Source of the DNA: Okamejei kenojei
Taxonomy: Eukaryota
Direction of reading: 5' to 3'
NCBI GenBank assembly: GCA_035221665.1
Contig: CM069155.1
Location: 26,970,001 to 27,034,000, forward strand
DNA: 64,000 nucleotides
Shown here: piece by piece, positions 10,434 through 23,400 of the stretch
Layout: every line of letters starts with the position of its first letter
Position numbering within the stretch: position 1 is the first letter of the stretch
Notes under the pieces: model-generated
The model's database searches: none
Told to the model about the DNA's origin: nothing
What the model saw: the letters and a program-made list of their open reading frames with translations, nothing else
Program-made: the position numbers and the translations under genes

Positions 10434-10909
10434 ACTGGATAGACTCGGCTAGACTGGATAGACTCGGCTAGACTTGATAAACTCGGCTTGTACTCGCCAG
10501 AATTTAGAAGATTGAGGGGGGATCTTATAGAAACTTACAAAATTCTTAAGGGGTTGGACAGGCTAGATGCAGGAAGATTGTTCCCGATGTTGGGGAAGTC
10601 CAGAACAAGGGGTCACAGTTTAAGGCTAAGGGAGGAGTCTTTTAGGACCGAGATGAGAAAAACATTTTTCACACAGAGAGTGGTGAGTCTCTGGAATTCT
10701 CTGCCACAGAAGGTAGTTGAGGCCAGTTCATTGGCTATATTTAAGAGGGAGTTAGATGTGGCCCTTGTGGCTAAAGGGATCAGGGGGTGTGGAGAGAAGG
10801 CAGGTACGGGATACTGAGTTGGATGATCAGCCATGATCATATTGAATGGAGTTGCAGGCTCGAAGGGCCGAATGGCCTACTCCTGCACCTTTTTTCTATG
10901 TTTCTATGT
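10434..10909 (+). mobile_element. 5'-truncated CR1 LINE with intact 3' tail
   Basis: ORF 10488..10817 reads EFRRLRGDLIETYKIL...TRGHSLRL...FFTQRVVSLWNSLP; tail TTTCTATGTTTCTATG. Confidence 0.9.
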
Positions 10910-11839
10910 TGCCACTCACTCCCCGTGTTCGCCTCCCCTGAACCTATGCAACATTCCGCAGCAGATGGGTTATGCTGAGTGTGCAGGCGCCCCTGTTAAC
11001 AGGACGAACAGGGCCACCATTTGCAGGGAATATCCCATCACTTCAGGGCATGATAATGACCGCGTAAAGCTGGTTTCGTTTAGAGATGCAGCGCGGAAAC
11101 AGGCCCTTCGGCCCACCGAACATACGCCGACTAGCGATCCCTGCAGATCTCAGATCTCCTCTATACCTTGTATCCCTTACCATAAATCTATGTACTCTAA
11201 CTACGCACCTCTCCTACAGAAAAAAAGGATTTCTACCATCAATCCTATCTATGCCCCTCACAATGTTTTACTCCTTTATTGGGCTCCATCGCGCAGCCTT
11301 CTCGGCCCCAAGGAAACAAATACAGTCGTTACAGTCTCTCCTCATGGTTGCCACACTCTAACCCAGGTTGCATCTTAGTGAACCCCTCTTTCCCCTCTCC
11401 AGTGCATTCACATCCTACCAATGGTGTGGTGATCTGAACGATACCAAGCGCTCCACCCATGTTCTAACCAATGGTTTACAAAAATGTGCCATAACATCTT
11501 ATATTCTAAGTCATGGCTAATGAAGGCAAGTATCTCATATGCTTTCTACACCATCTTATCTAATTACCTGTTGCCATCATGGATCTTTGGAATTAAAGTT
11601 TGCCAACTTGCTTCTAACCTTTTGGACCAGTTATCCATGTGCAACCTTGTCAAAAACCTTACTGATACAAGGAAAACCACATCAATATTACTGCTCATTA
11701 GAATATATTTTGTTATCTTTTTGAAAAAATCAAAACATTTGTGTGTTATTCCCTTTATGGGCCTGTTTAACTGCAACAAGTAAGAGTTTCATTACTTCAT
11801 TGTTGGTACATGTGACAATTAAACACGGACTCTTGAATT

Positions 11840-12340
11840 CCCAGAGTATTTGCCAAGGGTGGGGGAATCAAGAACTAGAGGGCATATAAGATGAGGGGGA
11901 AAAAATTGGAATTTGAGGGGCAACTTTTTAACACAGAGGACGGTGGGTATAATGAACAAACTGCATGAAGTAGTGCATGGGAGCTACAATAACAACAATT
12001 AAAAGACATTATGTGTAGGAAGGAATTGCAGAAACTGGTTTACACCGAAGATGGAAACTAAATGCTGGGGCATCTCTCGAGGGAAGGACTGGGCGACATT
12101 TTGGGTCAATACCATTCTTCAGACTAAGAGACATAATTCGTTTCCCTCTCTCCTCTGTCTGAAGAAGGGTCTCGCCCCGAAACATCCCCCATTCTTTTAA
12201 CAGACATTACATGGATAGGCAAGATTTAGAGTGATACAGGCCAGGCACAGGCAAATGGGACTAACCTGGATGGGGCATTTTGGCTGGACTAGACAAGTTG
12301 GGCCGAAAAGTCTGTTTCCATGCATTATGAATATATTATC
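11840..12340 (+). mobile_element. CR1 3' fragment interrupted at about 12012-12197 by two inverted Penelope-derived short elements
   Basis: CR1 sequence resumes after the insert; AGACATTA is repeated on both sides; the insert contains TTCTTCAGAC...GTCTGAAGAA in inverted orientation. Confidence 0.65.
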
Positions 12341-13149
12341 CATGACACCATGATTTTACTATAACTTTGGTGTAAGTTGAATGTTATTGTGACATTGAGC
12401 AGGGCCACAAAGATGGGTGGGGACTCCACATAATCACACAGAAGCAGAGACCACTTCGTGGATCCCGAGTGGCGGGCTGCTGATTCAAAAGATGGGTTTA
12501 AAAATAAAATAATTTTCCTACCAGAATTGCCACTACAGCATTTTCTTTCTTAACTTTATGTTTCAACTGGATTAGATAATGATTGTTAAGTAATTGCATT
12601 AATATGCTTGTCATGATGTTTAACCATTAGCTTTAGCATCCATCAGGAGTCTCCGTCATATTACACAGCTGGTCGTGAGAAGGTTAGAAGATCAATGTCG
12701 ATTGTACAGGTCAATAATTAAACAAACCCCTGGTGGATCACTGAGCAGCTGTCTAATCATTGCTATCAATACAGAACCCCCTTTCGACACGCGTTATCCA
12801 CCCACCACATACTAAACACAATATTGGCCACTATCAAAAAAAAAGATGGCGAGTTGGTCACTAGCTTCGTCGGGAACAGATGCTGTATTGTTTGTGTCAG
12901 TGGAACTGAAAAGGTGGGGGTGTGAGGACGGGAGAAGGTAACACAACAAAATAATAGCTGGGGATTTAATAAGCTGCGGATTGTCTTACTTTAAATAACG
13001 TCATATAACAACATCATCCAAGCCGCTTCACAGAACCATAATTACACATTGTTGCAAGCCGTGCCACAGAGGCCAAATGTTAGGAATCACAGATCTTAGG
13101 ACCAATGCAGATGAAGGCATGTCCACCAGTAGAGTGTGGAGGATACACA

Positions 13150-13780
13150 AGAGCCCAGAGTTTTGTTGCAGGGTAGTAATGCAACTTGTTATGTCCACAA
13201 AGGGCATTAAGCACAAACTGGGCGATCATTTTGGTGAACACCTGTTTCAGTCCGTCTGCCAAACCTTCCGGTTGCCAAACACTTTAACTCCTGTTCCCAT
13301 ACTGACCTTTCTGCCCTGGGCATCCTCAATTGTTAGAGTGAAACCAAACGTAAATTGGAGGAACAGCACCTTATATGTCGCTTCGGCAGCTTACAACCCA
13401 GCAGTATGAATATAAATTTCTCTAACTTTAAGTTACCCTTGCATCCCCTCTCTCTATGTCCCTCCCCCACCCAACGTTGTTATATTAGTTTCACTGTCGT
13501 CCTGGTGAGTTTCATTGTCTGTATAGCCAACCCATTTTCACCTAGCCCCCAGCCAATAATGGAGGGTTTCCTAGATCATCGTTACTTTTTTGCATATCTT
13601 TCATTTCTTTGCTCTATATCTCTCGTTTCCTTTTTCCCTTACTCTCAGTCCAAAGAAGAGTCTTGACCTGAAACATCACCTCTTCCTTTCCTCCAGAGAT
13701 GCTGCCTGACCCGTTGAGTTATTCCAGTTCTTTGTGTCTATCTTTGGTTTAAACCAGCATCTGCAGTTCCTTCCTACACA
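13150..13780 (+). mobile_element. Penelope-like element fragment (GIY-YIG endonuclease C-terminus plus 3' repeat)
   Basis: KHKLGDHFGEHL...EEQHLICRFGSLQPSSMNINFSNFK is typical of the end of PLE GIY-YIG domains. Confidence 0.8.
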
Positions 13781-14026
13781 ACAGGTATTTTACGTTGGAG
13801 GAGTGGAAAGCAGAAGCCAATGGAAAGAGGTGCTAGAACCCAGAACATTAGAGAGGGGATTGTATTAAGATATTTCAGAGCAGTTATTACAATTAATATA
13901 AACATGTAGAGTTTGTGCAGCAGTAGGGTGGATGTACCAGGATCAGTATGCATAAAAACTGTGATAATCTGTCATGCAAGGAACCTTCATTGTGGTGGAC
14001 TTGCAGATTGCCCGGTCAATTGGATA

Positions 14027-15203
14027 TTTATATTACTAAAAGTCTGATCTTGATCACTTCCTGTTGTTCTGTATATTGATTTTAGAAAAAAAGGCTGCCA
14101 CTTAAGGCTGTGATTTTTGGCCAGTTCCCCTCCGCTGCGCAGGACAAGAGGATTTTTCCCATCGATGAAAAATAAAAGAGTTATTAGTGTTTAAAAAAGG
14201 TTGCGATTCTCTCTCCTGAAGGCCACGTCCCTTCCAGAGGGACTATAAAACCTGGAAGTGTTGTGTGCCTCAGTCAGTCTCTGCAAGATGGGAGAGCGAG
14301 AGGGTCACATCTCTCAGCCCGAGCTGTGAATAACACTGAACACATGTCTACTAAACTGTGAGTGATTTTACTGACCTGTCAGTGCCCTTAAGGTGGTTTG
14401 AAAATATGGTTTGGAAATGCTAAAGCTGTGTTGCCTAATTAAAGTTGCCTTGCCTTCTATAAATTAAAAGTCTAATTTTGACCACTTCCTGTTTGCGCTT
14501 TATATTGATTTTAGAAAAAACGCTACCACGTACGGCTGTGATTTTTGGCCATATTACTCGGAGTCCCCCTCCGCCCATCAGGTGCCGTGGATTTTTCCCA
14601 TCAATGAAAAATAAAATATTAGTGTTTTAAAAATGTTGAGTTCTCTCTCCTGTTAATCATGCCATGAAGGCCACGCCCCTTCTGGTGGGCTGGGGGGGAG
14701 GGACTATAAAACCCAGAAGTGTGGTCATGGCTCAGTCTCTGCAAGATGGAGGAGGGAGAGGTCACGACTGGCTGTCTTTAGTGGCTTTGCACCCTGCTTG
14801 AAATGGTATGAAACTGCACTTGAATTTGGCGGCCTTGCACCCTGCTTGAAGTGGTAAGAAACTGCACTTGAATTTGGTGGCCTTGCACCCTGCTTGAAAT
14901 GGAATTTCAAGAAATAGCTGTGTCAACTGCCAGCCCGCCAGCCGAGAGTGAGTGAGCTGCCAGCACAACAGGCTTGAGTGACTGAGCCGCCAGCCCTAGA
15001 ATCCATTTGGCCCACAATATTCATACTAGCCCTCTGGAAACCAGTCCCTTCAGCCCACAACACCCATACTAGCACTCCAGAAAGCCCCCCACCCCCACCC
15101 CCACCAGCCACCAGTAATGGAATTGGTGGAGAGGTGGAATATTGCGTTGGGGAACCAAGCCTCCCGTGTGATGCTGGGACCCAACGGGTCCCACTTAGTC
15201 TAA
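14027..15203 (+). mobile_element. Non-autonomous Helitron (composite, two 5' modules)
   Basis: Starts A^TTTATATTACTAAAAG; subterminal hairpin TGGGACCC-AAC-GGGTCCCA (15175-15193); ends CTAA^T (CTRR); no TSD; second TCTATAAATTAAAAG start at 14456. Confidence 0.7.
14781..14902. repeat. 48-bp tandem repeat (about 2.5 copies) inside the Helitron
   Basis: Units start at 14781, 14829 and 14877 (GGCCTTGCACCCTGCTTGAA...). Confidence 0.9.
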
Positions 15204-16689
15204 TAATGTCTATTAACACGTCAAAAAAATGTTTTAAAACTTTTTAGTCTGTTTAAAACAATTACTGTGTAATCAGGTAAATTTAAAGTGAGGGTGGGAA
15301 TTGGACTCTTGGGGTGGAAAGCATGCAGGGTAAGTGAAGACCCAGCCAGTGGGAAGTGAGGTCAAGAACCAGAGCCCTGGTTAGTGGGAAGGGAGCGCGT
15401 CAAATGTCCAACCAGTGTATTTTCGATTCCTGTATAATGGATAATCTGAGTTGTGCTGCAAATAATATTCATCCAATTAATTTGAGTGCTGTCCAGGTGA
15501 AACTATGAGATTCCATTGCATTCATTGAAAAGGGTTAATTGATATCTTGGCTAATAGACCACCATCAAGGCAGCTTAACTGGCTATTTGACTTCTTCTCA
15601 GTCTGAGAGACCTTCTTGTAGTCTGTTCATTGACATTTCACCAACAGTCAGTGCATGTGAAAGAGGATAGACCGCCCTGAAGATGCGAAAACTGATGTGT
15701 GGGGGGAGATTGTTACCAATGACATATGCAGTCATTGTAAGGTCCAATAAAGTTTTATTAATATAAAGGGAAACATTATGCTTCTCTGGGAAAATTTGCC
15801 ATGTGCTAAAACAATTAATTAAAGTATCTGATGGAAGGACATTGACAGGGATAGCTGGAATAATAAATAATATGCTTGAAATTATTTTGTCAATTATCAG
15901 AAAGTTGGCTTTGCTCCGATTACTAAATTTCATGTAACTCGTATAAATTATTACTGTACAATTTTTTTCCCAAATTATTTTTGAGAAATTAACAGAAATG
16001 GCTTGTAGAGTATGTACTGATGAGGGGAGGATAACTTTATGACTTACAGACTATGAGAACATTGCGTTTACATCCGAAACAAAGTGACGTGAGCATCAGT
16101 GACACCACGTATGAAATAAGATAATTGGCATCTATTCTTTCTAACCCTTAAATCAATTGGAAACCAAATCAAATTGCACTTGATCTGCGTCACTGGGAGC
16201 TAATATTTTATTTGCAGTTCAAATTTCACATCCAACAAAGGATATATTTGGAAGACTTTGTGTTTTTAATTGGACTTTTGCCCCATTTTGTGAGATGTTT
16301 GTGCTATGATTAGAAAGGGCCATTGGTACGCAACACGGTGAGCAATTGAACTCTTGGCCCAGTGCTCAGCTGCACCGTTAATATTTGACAAATGTTTCAA
16401 ATGCACTGGAATAAAAAAGGAGAGTGAGGATAGGAGGCGAAGATCGATGTGGAAATAACCCAGAGCTCTCACTTTGGAAATTAAAATTGGTCAGGTATTG
16501 TGGAATTGACGTAGTCATTTCATTTTACAATACGATCCCTGGAGGGAAATTGGTCACAACACACAACGTTCAGAAAAACTTGAATTTAAAATTAAAAACA
16601 AAAAAGAATAAAGACAAGCGACTGTTGGCTGACTGCCGTGTGCACAGCGCCTTCACTGGAACAAACAAACAAAACACAGACTTATTCCC

Positions 16690-17445
16690 TGGATTCTAAA
16701 CTAGAGTGCTCTCCCAGACCGGCTCCCCCTTTGTGCTCTCACCGTCCCTCACGGCCTTCCCCCACGCCGAGTCCCCATTGAAGATTCCGAACACCGAAAA
16801 TGACATCACAATGTGATCTCTGCTGCCAATACAGAAGCAATGAGAGTTGACGGAGCCGGGGATAGGAGGAGAAGAAATATTATTTAAACATTGTCTTTAG
16901 TGGGGAAGTGCGAAAGGGGAAAGATGAGGGAGGGAGTGACTGAGCGTAGGGAAAAGGAGGGAGAGGTGACAGAGAGACAATTGGATCAGCAGCTTCAAAG
17001 GGAGTAAGGAGAGAGACATAGATTTTTGCCCCACCCCCCACCCCCCACCACCATGTGGGAAGGATTGATTGCAATGGGGGAACGGGTTGCGTTGGGGAAA
17101 CAGGTGAGTGATGGGTTGGGGAAACGGGGCCCAATGGTTCATGCGGGTACTGAGGGTAGGGGAAAGGAGAGGGAGGAGAGGTGAAGGAGGGAGAGGAAGA
17201 ATGAGGGAGAGCAGGAGGGTGACGAGGAGGGGGAGGGGTGTTGGGGGCTATGGGCGAGTGGTGGAATATTGCGTTGGGCAAATGGGTTACGTTGGGGGGG
17301 ACGGGTGATGGGGATGATTGGCTCTGGGGGGGAGGGGGGCTGTATCTGGGGTGAGCGCCAACGCCGTGTTTGGGGACGCCGCCCCCCCCCCCCCCCCCAC
17401 CCCCGCATTGGGGGATGGAGCCCCAACGGGTCCCACTTGGTCCAG
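16690..17445 (+). mobile_element. Second Helitron-family element (5' boundary uncertain)
   Basis: Shares GTGGAATATTGCGTTGGG and the 3' end CCCAACGGGTCCCACTTGGTCCAG with the 14027-15203 element. Confidence 0.55.
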
Positions 17446-20400
17446 TGTACCTATAAATCAGATCTATGTACTTGTAAACTGGACTATTTTTATCTGGGCG
17501 GTGTTGAAATTAGTATAGGCAATTGAAGCAGGAGTGCAAAAGTGGTACACGAAGCAAGCCCACAGAGCATCGAGCACTTAGTTGCGAGCGATACAAATAC
17601 ATTTGATGTAGGCGATCCTCCAGACGTGGCCAAATCTAAATATGGTACATGGCCTTATGGTACATAAATCTAAATATGGTGCAAGGCAGCGCAACTACCT
17701 GGGTGGGAGAAAGAGGGAATTGTTCTGCCGAGATGAGCTTCTAGGTTGTGATCAGTGTAGGAGTGAATCAAATCATTAAGGTGACGGAGTATTTAACTAA
17801 CGCGGGAGGCTGCTTGGTTAGGGTCAAATTGACTTATATGAAGAAGATCAAGACGAGGAACAGGAGTGATGTGGATGAAATGGACAACGAGTTTGATAAT
17901 GACAACAGGGCTCCAGGAATGCAGATCACGAAAGATAAAATCATAAGAGACTGAAATATTAACGATTAAGTTTTAACAAGATGGACAACTCAGCAACAGA
18001 TGGAACTAAACTATATTGAACTGGTTTATTTTAGAGAAACAGTGCGGCAACGGGCCCTTCGCCCCACCGGGTCAATGCCGACCAGCGATCTCCGCACATT
18101 AACACCATCCTACACCCACTAGGGACATTTTTTTTTAAACATATACCAAGCCAAGTAACCTACAAACCTGTAGTTACTTCTTGAAATGGCTCAAGAGCGA
18201 CCACTGTTGGCGACCAAACATCGTGGAGATTTCAGCAAAATGGAAAAGACAAGGAGGGTAGCAGTGATGTTAATGCTGCTGCATCACACGCCCGGGGAAG
18301 GTGGTTCGCGCCTGACCTTGGGTGTTTTCAGTGTGTAGTTTGCACATCTATTCTGCCCCCTATTACTATCTGACCCATAACCCGAAGGAATGGTGGTAGA
18401 TTAATTACGTACAGGAAATGAACCCTTGGTGTCGGTTAACAGGAAAAATAATCCAAGTATTGTGGCTGGTCACGAGAGAAAATTAGTTCCAAATATATTC
18501 TAAATAAGGAGTGGTGAGGGATGGGATTAACGGTCTACTCCTGTGGGAGCTAGCATGGATTTAATGGGCTAAATAGCTCCTTTGTGTAAAGTCAGAAAAT
18601 CCAGATGTAAAGTCAGTACTTTTTTCCAAAAATAAACGTTATTCAGAATACAATATCAAACCAGAAACCTGTGCAAAAACTCTGTGCATTCCCAGTGTCT
18701 ATACATTCAATAGTGTTGTACTCAGCAGTGTTCGCACCTATCTTTAAACAAAACAAACTCGCAACTCACGTGGCTCGCTGAGGTGATAGTCCCTCCCTTG
18801 CTTGAGGAGTGTCCCCACCGGACGATTTTAAACAGAAGGGAATCGAGGGATATGGGAACAGGGTAGGAAAGTGGATACATTTAGAGTTTAGGCCATGATT
18901 TTACTGAACGGCGCTGCAGTTGTTATAGGGCTTAGGTCTTACTGTTGTTCTCTCTTTTGGAAATTGATTTTCCCCTTCCAGGATCTCTCCCTGCTCTTCT
19001 GCAAACCTCACGACTTCTTCCCTGACTTTTCTCACTACTCGCCTCACCTCTTTGTAGTAATTTTTTTTTTTTTTTTTAAATTGTAACCACAATTCATCCA
19101 CTGAACAAAATCCACATTCTCAATGGGAGACTCAAGCCTGGCGACAGGTTAAAGGAAACAGGACATATTGTGCTGTAAGTATTGTGTTTTAGGAATCAGT
19201 TTAGGGGCGTGGTTACAACAGATTCAACTTTAAATGAAAATCAAAAAAAAAATTAAGGTGCAGGAAAACTGAAATAATCTACCAGAGCTCTAAATAAAAC
19301 TTCTGCGAACATTTAACCGAAAATTACTATAAAATCGGAAATAAACAGAAATGTTAAAACTCTCAGCAGGTTGGGCAGCATTTGTGGATAGAGAAAAAGT
19401 TAACGTTTCAGATCAAAGAGCCCTTGTCAGAACCTATGGCCAATTCTGGCAAAAAAAAAATGGTGAACTCTAACATTGGCTCCTCTTTTCACACTCTCCA
19501 CAGATGCCGAGCAGTGATTCTGAGTAATTCTGTGCTAATTACTGATTTGATCATAATTTTCAGAGGAGAATGATATTTGAAAGGGCTATGTGGAGCAGCT
19601 GTCAGGTAACAGGATTACATCTCTCCAGCTAGCACATATACAGTGACGTATAGCTCATATGACCCCGTTTTGTACAGTACGAATCTACAAGTGGCCAGTG
19701 ATGCATTATCAACACAGGCTGCACACTGCTGCCAACAGCAATTTTCTGCAACCATGTTGTGACAGTTGATCCCAACTATAGAAGCCAGATTAATTCCTAG
19801 ACAAATTAATCCTACTATTCAGTGTACTAAGTTATGAGTCAGCCTATCACAGATGTCACCATTGCCCTTCATGTCTGGCTGTGACATTTTGAGGAACTTT
19901 CACACCATGAAGTTTACATTACACTTGCATTTCATCTTCAATAACTAGTGGGACGCAGCACCCCATTTCGCTCACTGACTGCCCCATGCATGCCCAACCA
20001 TTGCTGTCTCTTTCAGAATGCTGGTTCTTCTCACATTCTTCATGTATTTCCTCACATGTCAGCTGCTGTGTTATGAACACTCTGTGCCAGACCTCTGATG
20101 GCTCCTTCCCTTTCCTTGACATCTTGAATCTCTGTGGTAGTTTCCAGCAAGGTGAGAGCCATGCCGCTGCTTGGAAGCTTCTATACAGTAGAAATATTTT
20201 TTTCAAAAGAAGCTGGAAGTGCTGTGGAGGGAGAGAACAAATAAGCTGCTGTGAATCCAGGGTTCATGCAGTGTTATTGATGGCAGAAATGTAGAGGATA
20301 TCTGGGACAAGACAGCTATTAAGAAGGGAGGCAAGGATAATTGAAGGAAAGGAAACAAGGTCACGATGTTTGTGAGGCAATGATGACTATTTGAGGCAAA

Positions 20401-23400
20401 CTAGATTGAGACTAAGGGACACTGGATGCTGAGAGAACACTGGCAGAAACACTAGGATTGACTATGCGGAGGCTGTGGAACAGTGTGGACCAACCCCACA
20501 CTGCATGTATTGTCTTTCTCCCTCTAGCAACCCAACAGATTTCTCCCTCTAGCAACCCAACAGAGAAAAGACAGCAAACAAACTGGTGATTATTGAGAAC
20601 AGGGACAGAGGTAAAGCAGAAACATGATTAGAGTGCAGGGATTTGTGGAAGAAAAATGGCACAATTGTGCAGCACCAACTTTGTCCCATTGGGAGAATAA
20701 ATAAACACTTAGCATTTGTTCTAGACATTTATTAATAAGTCATATTACATCCATCCTGTAAGTACACAATACAGGGAATATAACTCGCTAGTACAAAAAA
20801 AACACATGCCTGTGGGACTGGTATGTACTCAGTCATTTTACAAAATGCAAAAAAAAAACACTTCTAATTTAGTAAGAGATGATCAGCATAACACTGCTAG
20901 TTTTAAAATCCAATTCAGAATGTCTGGAATATATGATACAAAAACAAACCTAGTCTAAACAGATTCTTGTATATAAACTGTACTCCAATCAACACTACAA
21001 GTATCCCATTGAAGGCACATGGTAACAGCTCTGTATCACTTATGTATTGTCGCCACATAATCATTGTTGTAGCTTCACAAAAGAGAAAGGAGGTACATTT
21101 TGCTTATGCAGAATTACAGTGCCTTCAGATTATTTCTACTCCTTATATATTTATGGCTAAAACACTCTTGCGGCCAGCTCTATTTCAGCAGACCAAGTTA
21201 TCAAACAAACCCAGAAAACGTGGGAGGCAGGAGAGAAAAAGGAAATTGCACAAATTTAATTTTCTCTGAACTGCTTGAGAAGCTATTCAATATCATCTTC
21301 TCGATCATTAATCATTGGCGTATCCATCTCTTAGGTGGCCCAAGGATTCTATCATGTCAACCCAGCAACAGCCCCATAAACTATAGGCTGTTTACTACTC
21401 CGTGTCTATCATATACTGGTGGCTTTGTGCTGTTTGAATATTGTGGCTTTGCTGTATGAAAGTGGGTGTTCTTGGTTGTGCCGTCCCTGGAAGGAGGGAA
21501 AATTGAACACTTTGCCCAGTTAGCATTAACTCAACATAAACTTAACAAATGACCTACAAGGCGTACACCTAACCAACGCACAAACAGACTGGGGTGATTT
21601 ATCACGGTAGATGGGCGATGCCAGCGGTCAAAGGATGGAATAGCAAACACAATAATCGTAGCATAATTTATCATACATGGATGCTCTGTCCTTATTTACC
21701 ATGGTCAATCAACAGGGAATATTATCACTGCAGCACCATAGTAAGCATTACAATGAAGAGATGATCAAAACATTATTGACCTAAATAAGGAACAGCTGCT
21801 ACTGCGTCTAAGCATTTAAGCACTGACTGGGACACTGCTGCTGATGGAGCCATCAGATTCCCTTTTCAAACCTTTTCCCCACTCCTTTAATGATCCCAAA
21901 AAACTGATTGAAATGATGATCTTTGATTAATTGAATTGCTACAAAATAGGGCAGTTCGATCAATTCTATTATCCTTCCAGCAACCAAGAAAATTCACAAT
22001 CCTCCGATGATGCTAACTGACATGAAGTACCCTTACCACGGGCCTCTGCCACAGAGTTACAGCACATGGAGCTTTCTGTCAGGGGAGTTGAAACGGCATA
22101 TGTGGAGAAGACTGGAGATACTCAATTGCTACAGAAATGCTTAGTTTAATGTGCTGCCAAAAAAAAGTTGTGTTGCAGTCTCCAGCAACTTAAACAGCGT
22201 TTGCAATTTATGATCTGTTGCTATGGAAAGCACAGTATACATGTTGTTACCCAGACAAATTAACCAGGGTTTTGCTATGGTACTGGAACAAGGGTTACAT
22301 ATCTAGGATGCAGGAAGATGGGAGAACCAAAGTGACTTGATTCTGAAGGTTACGCTCGAGTGGCATCTGCCCACGGGCCAAAGCGAGTAACTGCAAAACG
22401 TTGTGCCCTGCACCAGCCCTGACTGGGGGCTAGAACACAAGGTCACAAAGCCACCACCTACAAACACCTCCATCTCAACTACCACATAACCTCCAGTCCT
22501 GATAGGTCTATAGGATTTAGCAAGCACATTCCTCATAACAGACAACATAACATTTATCAAATACTTACAAAAGTGCCTGTGCACTCCTTAAACTGGCTAC
22601 TTGCTGTAACAGCATGGCCCACCTAGACTATGCAGGCTGCCCTAGAGTGTGACAAATTGCAATTCCTGGACACTGCCCAGCCTGAAAAAGGAAAATTCAG
22701 CGATTTGTATTGAGGGGTGCCTTCAGTATAAAGTGAAGAATTTCTACATGCCTCTTTATACTTTGCTGTCATCCTGACTAAAACACTGCACAGGGCCGAC
22801 AATTCAGTTGCGGACAGCAGCTGGAGTCAGTGGATCCAAAATGCAAAAATTACTAATAATCAATCATAGAAACTAAAATGCACTGTAGATACACACTGTC
22901 TAAAGGATAACTCATATTAATCAAACTAGAGGATCAATAGGCTATCCAAGTATGAGAGCTGCCAAATCTACAGTTGTGAAGGAGGGCTTCTGGACTGGTC
23001 TCATCTGTGGGATATACTAAATATTCCACTACTACAGCATTTTAAGACAGTTAAATAATTAAGACACAGACAATTATTAAGCATGTTTAAAAAGTTGCTT
23101 TTAATTACATGGAAACAAACTAAAGGTAATTTCCCAGGAGGTCATGAACACTACCATCTGACTTCAATGCTCTCCTTTTCCCCAACATCCACAGTATAAA
23201 AATATTGAACAGTTTACATTACATCATCTACTTCAGGTTTCTACTGTTTATAAGCCATTATAGACCAAAACAAAGGCTTGTCTCTCAAGTAGCTTTGCAA
23301 TCATCAGGGTCTGTACATAGTAGAATAACCCACAAAAGAGTTAATAAATTTCTAAGCAATCACATGATCAACATAACACATTTGTTTGCATGGAGACTTG

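Noticed and set aside
19919-20206. 95-aa minus-strand ORF as a possible last exon of a missing gene such as PIK3IP1
   Set aside because: No kringle or other recognisable motif in any frame, and no compatible upstream coding exons found.
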